Shown here: in pieces, positions 1 through 13,582 of the stretch
Layout of the letters: each line of letters begins with the position of its first letter
Numbering within the stretch: the first letter of the stretch is position 1
NCBI RefSeq assembly: GCF_018977255.1
Contig: NW_024704743.1
Span: forward strand, 26,228,001 to 26,292,000
From: Callorhinchus milii
Lineage: Eukaryota
Direction of reading: 5' to 3'
Length of the DNA: 64,000 nucleotides
Made by a program: the position numbers and the translations under genes
Notes under the pieces: generated by a model
The model's input: the letters and a program-made list of their open reading frames with translations, nothing else
Database searches by the model: none
Told to the model about the DNA's origin: nothing

Positions 1-1224
1 TAATGATCTTGTCTTAAGATCAATGCATTCTGTAGATGTGAATGTGGACATTTGACATTGGGAGGGGAGGTTCCAGGCACGAAGAAGCAGACAGACTAGA
101 CTGAGGAATGGACTAACTGCCCTCGAGAGCTTAGTGGAACAAGACTTTATTGAAGGTGACAGAAATGATCAACTTTCATGAAATAACCCAATGGAATGCA
201 GGTGGAGTGGGAGAGCAGAGGAAAGAAAAACAGGCAGAGTTTTGAACTAAAGGAACTGGGAAGGCAAGATCAGAGAAAAGAACACCTGGTGTCAAATCTT
301 ACCACTGACAATCTTTTTCACTTGAAGCCCTCCCCAAATTCATTGCTGTGGCTTGAACTTAGTTATATCCATATATATATATATACACACACACACATGC
401 AAACAAACGAACAACAGACTCTGGACCACAGTTTTAAAAAATATTTGTCCAACAGTCCAAAATCCAATTGGTTCAACAATGATGTACCTGGGAACTAACT
501 TTCCTAATCAGAATCCAAACATTCTGTACAATATTATCTTTTGTCTTAATCTAAAATGTTGTTTAGTTTGAAGTGAATTGGGATTTTAAACTTTGCCGAA
601 CTATTGGACTATTATCTTCAAATACCTGAGCTTGCTGCATGCTTGCCATACTTTAGTTGCAATTTCGTGTCAGATATGTATCATTCCACAGTAATGATTC
701 ATTAACGCCTGCAACAATTTCTTCAACTGTAAAATAGCCTCTCTTTTGACCAGCTTCCCTGTACTGAGCAATGGTTCACTGTGTCCATCTGATAACTCTT
801 AAAGGCTATCTCCAATTTCTGCACATTCCACTACCCCAACCACAGCAAATCTCAATAACAGCTACTTAGAATACTACAATAAAAGACAATAATTACAAGA
901 CTCTCACGACATTTTAATAAGAAAGTTTGACCGACTCTTTCTGAAAATCAATTGCAGTATTCGGCTGCGTTGCTTCCTCATCAACCTGCACAATACAAAG
1001 CATCGGGTTTAGGCTTCTGAATTTTTAAGCACAATGTCAATTATAGAAAGACAACCGAAGAAAAAAGTGTAACTTATCATTAAATTAACTTTTTAGAAGC
1101 CAAGCAAATTACGCTTCAGAAATCTTTAAAAGTGAATTGCTCTATGTGAGAATATGCATCTGGCTTTCTGAAATGCTCTGCTAGATACTTTTCTCCACTT
1201 ACTCAGCTTAATTTGGAAGTCCAA

Positions 1225-1470
1225 CCCCCATTCCCCCACCCTTTGGAACTCCATCCCACATTCCCTTCGCCAGCTCCCTCCCTTGCCTCCTTCAAGGCAC
1301 GTCTCAAGACCCTCCTCTTCCACCGTGCCTTTGGCCAGCTTTTTATCCTTGCTGCCCTCCACCCTCCCTGATCCAACAACCGCCCCACCCCCACTCGGGT
1401 CCAAATCCTTGACTGTCCAGCGCCTTGGGACATGAAAGGCGCTATGCAAATGTAATTTTGTATTGTATTT
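1225..1470 (+). mobile_element. L2-clade LINE 3' end fragment
   Basis: Encodes LWNSIP..L..FK..LKT.LF; tail CAGCGCCTTGGGAC..GAAAGGCGCTAT.CAAATGTAA. Confidence 0.85.
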
Positions 1471-2959
1471 ATTTGAAAGGAGCAACTCAAGTTCGAACTA
1501 GTATCACATCCCTCTCCAAAATTGTGCAGAATTTTACAAACAATCAAATTCAGCCCTAATTTGGCAGTCGTGATTCTTTAATTCTTAACTGTGGAGAACT
1601 GTGGAAACCAGTTCAGAATCAAGAGAAATGTAAGGGTTTTCCACAATTCTGCATAATCTTACATTTTTAAAAAAATGGTCCTTAGACTAAAACTGTACGG
1701 TATTTTTGGCCTCAGATGTCCACACGTTCCAGAATAACAATGAGGAGTGGGAACTTGGGTTTATTTTTACACTTCCTCGACTTAGGGTGTTAGTACAAAC
1801 TGTAGCATCCATAATGCTGCCTGGTTCGCTAAGGCAACAGAGAATCGTAAATCAAACCTGCTTGAGAACTTTTGTTCTGTAGAGCGTAGTGGGAAAACTT
1901 ATGCTCACTGGGCCGTCAGGGGAGAACCTTATTTTCTTAAAGGTTACCAAAAAAAATGACTTGTAGTTCCATTCTGAAGCTAAGCAATGGATGATAATGT
2001 GGCTTATCTTTTTTCTCAACTGATTGTTTCCGTTACTCCAGGTGTGGTATCTTTGGGTATTCTTTGAATCTATTTAAGTAAAGCTGCTTAAACTAATACA
2101 GAGCCAAGTGATTCTTTGCTAAACGGAATTGCTCCAGTACATTTCTGGGACATTAGCCTCATTCATTTAATACACCTTACCATTTATATCTACAATTACT
2201 TTTTTCACAATGGATGTAGCTATCACTTCCGAGGCTGTCAATAGACACCAGATATTTCTACACTCAGGTTCTCCCTACTCCACTGAAAACCGAAAAGGCC
2301 CCAAAATAGCACAACCAATTGGGAGCACAGTCATCCATTTAAAAAAGAAAAGTAGTGTTGTACTTTATAGACAAAAACTCATCTATTAAAATTATTTTAA
2401 TCTTTCTTGTGACCCAGTAGACCCTTGTGACCCTGTGGGCAGGTGCAGATTTTCTTTTATTAGTGAATGTGGGGAATCACCAGTTAAAATGCTTTGGGAT
2501 ATGTGAGTGATCCTCTCATAGGTGATTACTTGCAGCGAAGGTTAATTCGTCCGAAGAATAATGCCTCCGACATTTCGTCAGAACTATTCAATTCAAGGTC
2601 AGTCCCACACGCTACCATGAGTCATGGTGCTAAATTAATGGGAATTAAAATGGAGTGAAGTCAAGACGCCAATTTCTTAAACTTGTTAAATAAACTTGTT
2701 AGAGTTAGTGTATAAACAAATATATGGTCAGGCAAATTCCTTTAAATTCAATACAATGTGCTTGATCTGTAAGAACTCGACAGCTGTAGTTTAAACAAAT
2801 GATTTATTTATGGATATATATTAAATTAAAATAACAAGACAGATTTTACCCTGAAATTGGTCCCCACATTCCCCAAAATATACTGACTTATACATGAACC
2901 CTTTGGAAAACGTTTTGCTACCAACAACAACTGATCATCATACTTACAAGTATCCAAAC

Positions 2960-3198
2960 ACTCTGGAACTCTATCCCACAGTCCCTTTACCTCGCTTCCT
3001 CCCTTGCCTCCTTCAAGGCCGGTCTCAAGACCCTTCTCTTCGACCGTGCCTTTGGTCTCCCTCCCACCTCTCTGCTTTCCCTCACCCCTACACCTCCCCT
3101 CCCCCATGCTTGAGCCCCGACACCTGATTGTTCAGCGCTTTGGGACGTCCTCCCGACGTGAAAGGCGCTCTACAAATGTAATTTTATTGTTGTTGTTA
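2960..3198 (+). mobile_element. L2-clade LINE 3' end fragment
   Basis: Same 3' ORF end and stem-loop tail with (TTG)n. Confidence 0.87.
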
Positions 3199-4650
3199 TT
3201 TTCAATAACCTTCTACTTATTAATTTTCCTATCTTACTTTAGTCCCTTTGTGTTTTCCGTTTGAACGTCAGTCTAATCCTGAATTTATTTTCTCATTTTT
3301 GCAGTGGATTTCCCCTCCACCCCTTCAAACGGTGATTGGAATCTATAAAATCCCGACCAACCTTATAACAACAGCCAGTTTCACCGCACTTAGGTGTACA
3401 CAACACAAGTTTTTTATATCACAGCTTGCCAGGTCAGTTCCTGTGATAGAAAAACAATTGCACGCGCTGGGTAAACTAGCTGAAATCTGGTTCATCAGGT
3501 TTGAATCTGTGTGTCACTTTGATTGTCTGTTCGAGTTCAGTGTGCAAAAAGTGATGTTGGCGTGGCTTAATGATCTGTAAGTATTCTGTGCATGGGAACC
3601 AAGCTAAGGGATTCATGTTATAAACTAATTAAGCGCTCCGAGATGCCATCCAGTGTGAAGAGCGCTATATTAATACAAATTGTTGTTGTAATCAGTGCTG
3701 TAACAAAGTGCGTTACAACAGGATTGCACTGTGTTTATTCCTCTTCTCCCTTATTATTTAATTTTCTCTCCTTTATTTCTTGCTATTTAGGTTTAATTCT
3801 CTCTGGGATCTCTCTCTCTCTCTCTGTTGTTCAGTGCTCTTTCAATATCTCAGTTTGCATAATATGTCTCTTTATGCTTTATGATCAAATTGTTTCATTT
3901 TCTGCCATTGCCTTCTCCCCGCTCATTACTAAAATTTAAACCTTCAAAGTAGAAAGTCACAGCTTTACACTTTTTCAGGATTCATTGTCCTTCTCTTCTG
4001 CTTTAGTGACAGCAAGTTTCCTGTTACTGTAAATGGATTTATACTCATACTGCTTACTCTGAAAGAAACTGCTCAATCACTATAATCCCGCAGGCAATGA
4101 CTCATGTCATGGTGAGGTCCACTGCTGTCAACAAACACTTATAAATCATTCAAGTGGCCATTCTTCATGTATGAACCTGGACAGGGAGTGCCAGTGTATT
4201 AGTTAACGCTAGTGGTATCGCAGCCAAGTGATCCCACCTGTACAGCACATTTTCATTTGAGGTCATAGAACGGGGCCTCAAAATTCTCACCTTATGCTTA
4301 GGTTGTTTTAGGATCCTGCAGAATTTTGGAAAATTCAGGCATAATTTAGAATCCAATTTTCCAGTTCCTTTTGGTACAACAGAAGTTCAACTTCCAAATT
4401 ACAGCTGAATTTAAGACTATTTTCCAAAACTCTGTATGATATAATATATTGTGATAATGATCTTCAATTAGCAAGATACATTTTAGAACCCAGGAATGGG
4501 GAAACTTGGCCAATATGTCTCACTCTCTATCCCAGAGGCACTGGATCAAACATAGTAATCTACCATCAAATGAATCATTTGTAAACCACTTTTTTAAGAC
4601 AAATAATCCAACAGAAGGAATCACATTACTAATCTTAATCTTCTTAATCC

Positions 4651-4990
4651 CCGCACGTGAGAGGATCTGGGTTCAATTCCTGGCAGGGTGAAACATTAGA
4701 CAACTTTCCTTACACCACACGTCTCTGTTTACGAAGCAGTAAGTAGGAACCTGGTAGTTTGTCGATTGGCAGATTGCTTTTCCCGGGAGTAATAAACCCT
4801 TCAAAGGAATATATATAATATTTGGTCACTCAATCCACGACTGTTTGTGGGACACTGCTGTGCGCAATTGGCTGCCGTGTTTTACCCATAAAATATGCAG
4901 TCAATTCACTGTACAGTATATTCTATGAAGCTCTTTGAGACATCTAGAAGATGTGATAAGGTGTTATATCAAATGCAAGGATTATTATTA
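4651..4990 (+). mobile_element. tRNA-derived Deu-domain SINE (5'-truncated head)
   Basis: B-box-like GGTTCAATTCC; core TGTGGGACACTGCTGTGCGCAATTGGCTGCC; tail ..TATATCAAATGCAAGG(ATT)n. Confidence 0.85.
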
Positions 4991-5969
4991 TGATATGAAG
5001 CACATGTTCACCAACAAAACAGTCACTCCACTTTACAGTACATCCTCTGAAGGACTTTTGAGACACCCTTTCGAAGTGAAAGGTACTATATCAAACGCAA
5101 GTATTATTATTATTTTGTGAAAGGCACTAGATAATTGCAAATCAGTTGTGTGCATTGAGGAGATGGCTACTATGGCTCTCTCTTGATCGGTTTGCAGATA
5201 GGTAAGCAGCTGCTGTTCAAGCTCTATATCTCCAACTGGTGAAACCATCATCACTCAATGTGTGTCCGAGCTTTGGACAGCAAATGGTTGCAATGCTTTC
5301 ATACATTTTATGACTAAGATGCGTTTCCCACCAGGAAGTTCACAGGAGGTTGTGGTACGTGACATCCATCTAATGAGGGCTCAAACTTTCACTCATCAGA
5401 CATCAATGACCAACTAGTAACTATCCATTGCGATTTAAAAGATAATAAGGATCATCAGGGTAGGTAAGTAGGGAGTGTTTTGAAAAACTTGAGGAGGCAG
5501 TGATGGTAAAAGTCAAGAGATTTTCTGAGAGAGAACCAGAATCACTGGATATAGCGAACAAGGAATAACGAATAGTTGAAAATCGGAAGAATTGAGCGTT
5601 TGGGTTGGAAGAGAATGCAAAAATAGAGAGCGCAAAATCATGATGGGATTTAAGGATCTTGCACATACAGCAGGCCTGGGTCCTTTGATCCGAGTAGCAG
5701 CATGGGAAGCATAGCAACGGAAAAGCAATATTTTACAGTGAAGAAATAATTTATTAGTTTTTATTTTACTGTTTTAAAAGCAGAACTTGGGATGTGGATG
5801 ATAAACGTCAGTCAGCAAATAAGGAAGATCATACCAAGTGCAGGTAATTGAACTTTCCTCATTTGTTATTTTCCACAGGCCAACAAATATTATCAGTGGT
5901 TCCTAATTGAGCTGATCAACTGCAATTTTACCTTTCCACTGCCATAAAATACTGATTCCTGAAAGTAAT

Positions 5970-6194
5970 AGTAATCAGATCAAACTGATACAACTCAATA
6001 AATGAGCAACGATTACAGCAGCCTTAGAAACTCAGTTACAGGAAAATTTCAATGTTGACCCTTCAAATAGCCATGGCTCTGGTGAAATGTGATTAACCTT
6101 ACCAGACTATATCCTATCTGTTAAGCAATTAACACTGTAACACATTTAGAAAGTCATTACTAAATTCTTGTTGTCCATAAATGGTTTTGTTATT
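5970..6194. repeat. ~225-bp non-coding element, copy 1 (copy 2 at 58351-58576)
   Basis: Direct alignment by eye; last ~50 nt identical between copies. Confidence 0.92.
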
Positions 6195-8138
6195 TTAATA
6201 CGTCTATTACCTTTGGTTCTGGAGTCCTGAAATGTAGCGTCTCTTAACTAAAAGATCAAATCACATTACAAGCACATGCAGATGGCTTGACATCATTATA
6301 TGCAAGTACTGCAATGATATCAAGACATTTGTGCATTGGTAAGATGCCAATGATTGGACCCAAAGAATTCTATACTGGATTGTTCCTAACAGTTGCTGAG
6401 ACTACAATTTTAGTGCATCTACAAACAGGAAACCAATTTAACTCAATTGGTGTTCTATGAAGCTGAACTCAAAACACTGGCTCCTACAAGAACCTAATAA
6501 GATAGGCTTGGCCTTATTTACATTAAATTGAAAGACCGTAAGGCTCATCCATTCAGGGCTTGATGTCAAACAGACAGTTGGTTCGACCAACAGTTTTAGA
6601 ATCCACTATGAAACCAGAAGCAGAGCTGGGTGTCATCAGCATATGTTTAGAAACTCACCAATACATCCAAATGATATTACCAAGAGGAATTATATAGATA
6701 AGAGCCCCAAGGTACACCGCAGATTACCGTGAAGGCCTGGGATGAGAAACCATTAGAGCAATGATGGCCAACCTGTGGCCCATGGGCCAACAAGCCTAAC
6801 CATCCTCATCTCCAGGAACAGTCACAGGAGTCTAGGTAAGTCTGATTTATGGCATAAATCAAAAGATAGTCAATCAAGAAAATGTATTTTGTTGACTGAC
6901 CATAAAGGTTTAGAGAAATACCTGGGGAAGCATTTCCAAGAAATTCAATCAATTCATAACCTCTGATGAGAGCTCGTACCTTGCACATTACTTTGGAAGC
7001 AGACATTTTCAACATTTCCTGTTTTTTTATTTCACTTTCAGCATATATGGTTTTGACTTCTATTTTAAATTGTTTTGCTTTGATTCTGTCTACGTCTACG
7101 TAATAAACAGGTGTCTGTCTCTGTGACTTCTCCTCTGTGGACAGTTTGGCTGGATCTACCCATTGAACAAGTTCTCAACAGGCACTCCTATTTCCTAAGA
7201 ATGTAAATTCATTCAGTTACAAAGCAAGTTCATGAATTAGGGCAGAGATTTCATCATTGTCCAAGTTTTGAATTCTACATCCAACAATGTTGAACTCACC
7301 CACCAACCCCCCCCCCACCCCAACACTGCATTGGAGTGTCAGTCTGTGCGTTGAACCTCCTAACATAGGGCTTGACCGTCAATCACCGGCCTGCCCTTCT
7401 GCTTCTCCAGTCAGGAGCTGTGCAGTCACAGTGATGAAGGAGCTATGGAGGCCCAAGTGAGCTGTAGAGGACGCATTGCTGTCAAGGTTTGTAAGGACAT
7501 GGTCTTGGGGGGGAGAAGGGGTGTGGCGGTGCTACGCATACTTTGGGGAGGTGGAGATGGGGTAATCGGAAGGCTGACGTTTTGCCTAGGGTGGCAGATT
7601 GTCTTGAGCGGCCTCTGCCAACCACCATCTATAAACTTTTTTTTTAACATATTTATATTTAATATATTAATTTAAAAATTAGTCCAATATTTAAAAAATC
7701 TTCCATGAATTCCAGGGTCGTAACCACACCTGCAGATATAATACAGAGACATATTTGCATTATCTTAAAAGGTTGCTACTTTCATATTACAGGGCTCTGG
7801 AATCATAACAGTCTCTGGAGACAAATGGTAATAAAAATCAGTTGAAATTCTGGATTCCAAGTCAGGCTGGACCCAACTCGAAGAGTCAGATCAGCTGTTG
7901 GTTATGCCGTGCTCTGCAGAGACAGCTGATCATCAGGGTGATTTTAGAAAGTCAGTTAAAGTGCTACCTTTTACAAAAACACAGATTACAAGGAGTGGTT
8001 ACCTGTCCATCACCTCCTCCTCAGAAAATCCATGTGATTTTAAATGTAAAGCCCTCAGAGCTCGGAATGTGGGATTTGGTTACCGGAGTCCGGATATTGC
8101 AATATAAAAGGAGTACTGAAGTAAGGAAAATCAATTAC

Positions 8139-8193
8139 CTTCACTGAAGTCCTGAAATTCCACACAATGTCTCTTTTGTGAACTCGCAGTTGC
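8139..8193 (-). CDS. Candidate downstream CEP72 exon (55 nt; ATASSQKRHCVEFQDFSE if phase 0)
   Basis: Long polypyrimidine tract plus tag acceptor (ctttactttctgtttgtttcctggtttccacttag|) and AAG|gtaatt donor; open in two frames; no homology I can confirm. Confidence 0.45.
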
Positions 8194-10639
8194 CTAAGTG
8201 GAAACCAGGAAACAAACAGAAAGTAAAGATCAATCATCAACTTCATAAAGACACCAGTACATGACATGCATTTAGTTGTACAATTTCAGTGAAAAGTAGC
8301 TTTCTGAACACTGATTTCCTTTCCAATTGGATTTTCTGTACTAATGCCTGGAGGGGAGGAAAAGGGGCTGTGGGGGGGGGGGGGGGGGGGGGGGGAGATA
8401 AGTAGATCTCAATGAAGTTGAGATGACAATGAGGAAATGAGCCTGAAAAAAAAACTGGGAAGGTGTGCAAAAGTCCAAATGGTTGATAGCTGATTTGCCT
8501 GTGTGGTGAATGAGGCAAAGACATGTTATCAACACTGCAAGGCAAAGTAGGTGTCTCAGCTGGACAAAAGACCATGAAGCTTCAGACTGGAAATCCACAC
8601 AAACATTTTGGTTACAAAATGTAACGTGTAACAGTAGTAGATTCTCTACTACAATCTCAAAAAACAGATATCTTTCCAATTTATTTTTTAAAAAACTTGC
8701 AGTGATTTTCAGTTTAAACCCCACTGCTGTACAATGTAAATAGATATATTCATAAAGGTGTTTATAAAAAGATGGCTACATGATATTTAAATACCTGTAC
8801 AGTTGAAGCAAATACACCAAAGAGCTGGTAAAAAAAAAAGGATCATATTAAAAATGTGACTTACTGCTGGAACATTAAAAAAAACAAATGCAGTGAATGG
8901 AGTGAAAAAAAAAGAAATTGCATAAGGCTCACTATTCGACAAGTAGAAGAGCATGCAGTTACTTATTGATGATAATTCTAATGTGACATGGAAGATTAAT
9001 AACCCTGGAGGAAGTGCGAATCAGGGGAAAAAGTTCAACACGTAAGTGATTGTATTTAACTGCCAATAAAAAAAATTGTAACCACTTTTGAAAAGAAGTC
9101 TGAATCTTTCACATGTAAGTAAACAAGGATCTCATATTTCATTAGGCTAACCTCTCAAAAAAGATGTCTTATCCTTCAAAGGTTATGCTGTAAAATGCAA
9201 AGGTAAAGATGGAAATCTGGCTTGAGCTTTATCTTCACAAAACCACATTTTCTCCAAAGCTGCAATATTAGTTTTTTTTTCTTTCTGCAGATGGTGTTTT
9301 TCTTTTCCTTATCTACATGCTCCCTTTTGGTGACATCATCCGTGAGCACAGAGTTATAATAATAATCCTTGCATTTGATATACGGCCTTATCACGTCTTC
9401 GAGATGTCTCAAAGCGCTTCACAGAATATACTGTAAAGTGAATTGATTGTATACATTTTGTGGGTGAACCTCAGCAGCCAGGAGTGACTAAATTGTTATT
9501 ATTATTAGTAGTATTTGTGTTAACCCACGTACATGAATGACACCAAATCAACTTTTCCGTTCTACCCTTGATTCCAGGTCCAATGCTGTTTTTATACCTG
9601 TTAGACATCAAGGTCGGAAGCCATCCTTCTCCCATTCTGCCATCGTCTTCTCACGCTGGCTCCCACCTCCTCAACCCACCCTGGCTTCTCTCTCAAATTC
9701 ACTGAACCTGCGCAAAACTTTCCTCACTTCAGACTCTGACCAAGACTGCTTTTCTTCACCTTCACCACATTGCCAACCGCTGTTTTTATCTCACACCAAA
9801 AAAGTTGCTGAAACCCTCATTCACGCATTTGGCATCCCCTGACTCAACTTTTCTGATGCATTTGTCATTCTCTTTGTTTCTACATAGATGGGCACTTTCC
9901 ATCAGGGATCACTGAATAGTGATCAGAACCCTGCCTGATATTTTTTCTTCTCAAGAGCCGAGGAATAGCTAAGGCCCAGTGCCCTGTTGTTACCCTGGAT
10001 CAACTGGCTCAGTCATTGAGTTTTGGACCATCCGTATCTTTATAACTTAATTCCATATGCTTTAATTAACTAGGTCATCAGGATAGTTAACTGGGTCTTA
10101 ACTTTAATTAACTAGGTCACAGAAATACTTTTGTTTGCTAAAAAGTGAAAGGAGTTTCTCCCTGTGTCCTGGCTAACAATCCCCCATGTAAAATTGTGGG
10201 ACAATTATGCTTACAAATGCACAGTCACTATACTTTATAGTACAAACTGTGAAGCACTTTGAGACATCTTCCTGCCATGAAAGGTGCTATATCAAATGTA
10301 AAGATATATTTATTTTGGACAGGATTCAGTCATGACAGAGCAATAGAAAATTGTTGAAATATTTGCCAAAATTTGTGGGTAAAATTGATAAAATTTTGCA
10401 GGAAATTGTGGGGGCGGGTAGCAAATTTTGCAGAACATTTTCAGGGGTTGAGGGGGTGCTATCAAGAGGTAAATTTTACTGCCAAAATATAATTTTTTAT
10501 TTTATTGATTAAGATCAAACATGAAGAAATAAAACATATCAGATTATTGCAAGAAAAAATTATTAATGCTTTCTTTAACAATATCTGGGTGACCCACTTG
10601 GGCTGGCGGGGGAGGGGGAGGTGGTGGGGAACACTGGCA

Positions 10640-11160
10640 CACACTGACACAGAGAGACAGTGTGAGTCACAGACACAGAGAGACAGAGAGAGACATATAC
10701 AGGCACAGAGACACACACAAACACTCGCAGACAGAGGGACACTCACTGACAGAGACACACACCCTAACAGAGTGAGATATGCAACTCAGACACATACAGA
10801 GAGAGACACACACTCACAAACAGACACGGAAAGACACAGACGCGCACAGACAGAGAGAGTCACACACTCACAGACAGACACAGAAAGAGTCACATACTCA
10901 CAGACAGATACGGAGAGATAAAGACGCGCACAGACACAGAGAGAGTCACACACTCACAGACAGACACAGAAAGAGTCACACACTCAGACAGACACAGAAA
11001 GAGTCACACACTCACACACAGACACACGCACTCAGACACAGAGACACTCACAGACACAGTGAGACACACACAGACACACAAATGCATTCACGAACACACA
11101 CACGCAAAGGAGAGACACACTCACAGACAGACACACAGAGGAGAGAGAGACACGCAGACA
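10640..11160. repeat. Compound (CA)/(GA) microsatellite
   Basis: Runs of CACAGAGAGACACACA; source of several spurious ORFs. Confidence 0.93.
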
Positions 11161-12619
11161 ATCAAAACGGCGGGGGCCGCAAGGTGAGCGAAGCCCATAG
11201 CCCGCACCGGGCATACGTATCCAGAGGCCCTCCGCCCACAAAGTGGCGTCAAGTAAACAGCCGGCAGCAGCACGCAGACGCTTAGGGCCCCAAGCTCACT
11301 GCACTGTTACAGGTTGCGACCTCACTTCTCTATTGGACCAGGTCATGACCAAAAGTCAATCTGGTCAGATTCAGCAATTTTATCCCAATAAAAAAATAAA
11401 AATGTTATTAAGCAATCCTTGTTTACTGAAATCTTTGCTCCAATCCGAGTTATCAAAATCTCAATTACTTGACATTAATAGGTGACATTTAGCAAATAGT
11501 GTGGCTTACCCTAGTCGACCATAAACTCTGTAATTTAATGCCAATTTCAGAAAAAGGTGGGGAAGATTTGCTAAGGAGATGCTACCCCAGCGCCTTGGGA
11601 CGTTCGCCCGACGTGAAAGGCGCTATACAAATGTAATCTTGTTGTTGCTGTACTCGCGTTATATCAGTGCAAGTTGTTGTGGATGTTATACGCCTGCAAC
11701 ATCACGTGGGAAATCCAGCCCCAGCTCATTGGTTTCCTGCGCTGTAATGCGCCTGACAGGTTCGGGTCATCACCGACACCACTAATGTCACTTCCCTCGT
11801 GCCACACCACGTGTGCAAAGAACCCCCTTTGTTGTTTCGCCGTACCCAGGAAGTGATAATAGCAACAATAACAACTTGCATTTATATAGCGCCCTTCACG
11901 CAGGGTGGGATCCCAGAGCGCCAGCAGCAAGCCAGACAACTTGGAAGTCGGCCATTTTCAAGCACATTGAGAGGTCCTCCTGAAATGAATGGTGCTATAT
12001 AAATGTAAATTAAATTGTATTTTTCCATACCTGCTTATAACTCAATCGATGAGACATTAGATCCAGTTGATCGCCTTTTAACAACATGTCCCTTGCATTA
12101 GGGTTACTTTCCATGTTGAAGTGTGTGAACAGTGAATGGAATTTACTGGTAGCTGCCTAAGAGCTATTATAGCAGGATATTCAAGAAAATGAACAGGAAA
12201 AAATGAATAGATCGAGGACAAATAGTTCATTTTCTATGTAGCCTCAACCAGTTTCACAAAATGTACCTTTGAATAATTGGCAAATTTGTTTGAGACTATG
12301 CAACTAACTAAGTTTAAGTCTTTGAATGGCCCAGTAATTTGATAATGAAAAGATTTTGGTCTGAAACAGAACACTTCATTTATTCTCAATAATATGAATT
12401 GGTCTTTAAACCTTAGGAATGTTGAGTGGTTGTGGCCTGTTCTGCTGTGAGGAGGTTCTTAGGGTTGGTTCCTGGTCGCCAGAAAAACTTGATGCATTGT
12501 CAATGTCACGGATATCTGAAAAAGAACAATAATTAAAAAATAATGAATTACAAAATGAAGGTACTAGCTTCTAATTGAGAACTGGTCCATTTGACTCATG
12601 ACTTTTATGCTGTTTTTTC

Positions 12620-12842
12620 CCCTGGTTGTTAGTCAATTGGCGCATCGCTTTCCAGGGGTAATAATCCCTCCCTTTGGTCACTCAATCCAAGACTGTTTAT
12701 GAGACACTGCTGTGCGCAATTGCCTGCCGTGTTTCTCCTACAAATACACAGTCACTTTACAGTATAATCTACGAAGCGCTTTGCGACACCTCAACAACGT
12801 GATAAGGTGCTATATCAAATGCAAGTTTATTATTATTATAAT
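12620..12842 (+). mobile_element. Deu-domain SINE, 3' part
   Basis: Same core and (ATT)n tail as other copies. Confidence 0.8.
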
Positions 12843-13582
12843 TGCACACGCACAGTCAGCGAGCTCACTCTTCCACACTAGCTGGTTCCCAATCCAACAC
12901 ACGTCCAATACCTGGGTCATTTTATTGCTGCTGTCACTTCCTGTATCCTACGCATGCACAAAGCAGGAAGTGACACCAGAGCGACCTGATGACCAACACG
13001 TAATAACGTCGCTTACTGTTTTTAGGTGTAGGAAGTTAAAATGTCCAACTTCTGGATCATCAGATCTTTGCCAACTTCTTGTGCGCTGCATATGAGCAGT
13101 GTGAAGAAACAATGTTGGGGGAAACCTAATGACCAGGAAGTCAGCATTTTCAGCACAAACAGTCACCAAGCAGGAAATGAATGAGCTGCATTTTAACTAT
13201 AATGTCCATGCATTATACCTGGTTTCCCCCTAATTCCCATTTAAATAATGTATGAATTATTACACATATTTGTGCCAGAAGTTTCCACATTCCAACCCAT
13301 ATGGTGTCAATCGTTTTATTGCAACAGTGCCTACAGAAGGTGCTTTTCTTTTGCTACTTTTCTCTCATCTCCTTCTTTGCCTTTCTAATACCTCCATTTT
13401 GCACCTTTTCTGTATTATTACATTTGTCTTGTCTTTCCTTTTCCTTATAGGCCTGCACATGTTGCAGAATTGCAAATCTATAACTTTACAAAAACTTTTC
13501 AATGTCACGGCAATAGGGGTGGTAAGATATCATCAAAAAAGTATTATATGCTTTGATAAGCTTCAATTGCTGAGAACATAAT

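Noticed and set aside
909..985. Minus-strand candidate exon (VDEEATQPNTAIDFQKE)
   Set aside because: The coding-looking frame reaches TAA before any good donor; no homology support.
5781..5843. Plus-strand 63-nt exon-like segment (RTWDVDDKRQSANKEDHTKC)
   Set aside because: Plausible splice signals but no partner exons or recognisable homology; antisense to CEP72.
5970..6092. Duplicated element read as a coding exon or selenoprotein (..K*ATITAALETQLQENFNVDPSNSHGSGEM*)
   Set aside because: Differences between the copies fall 3/7/9 at codon positions 1/2/3, so there is no convincing synonymous bias; in-frame TGA with no start, splice or SECIS support.
8372..8395. Long G homopolymer (and C run at ~25744-25760)
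   Set aside because: Simple homopolymers of uncertain length; no further structure.
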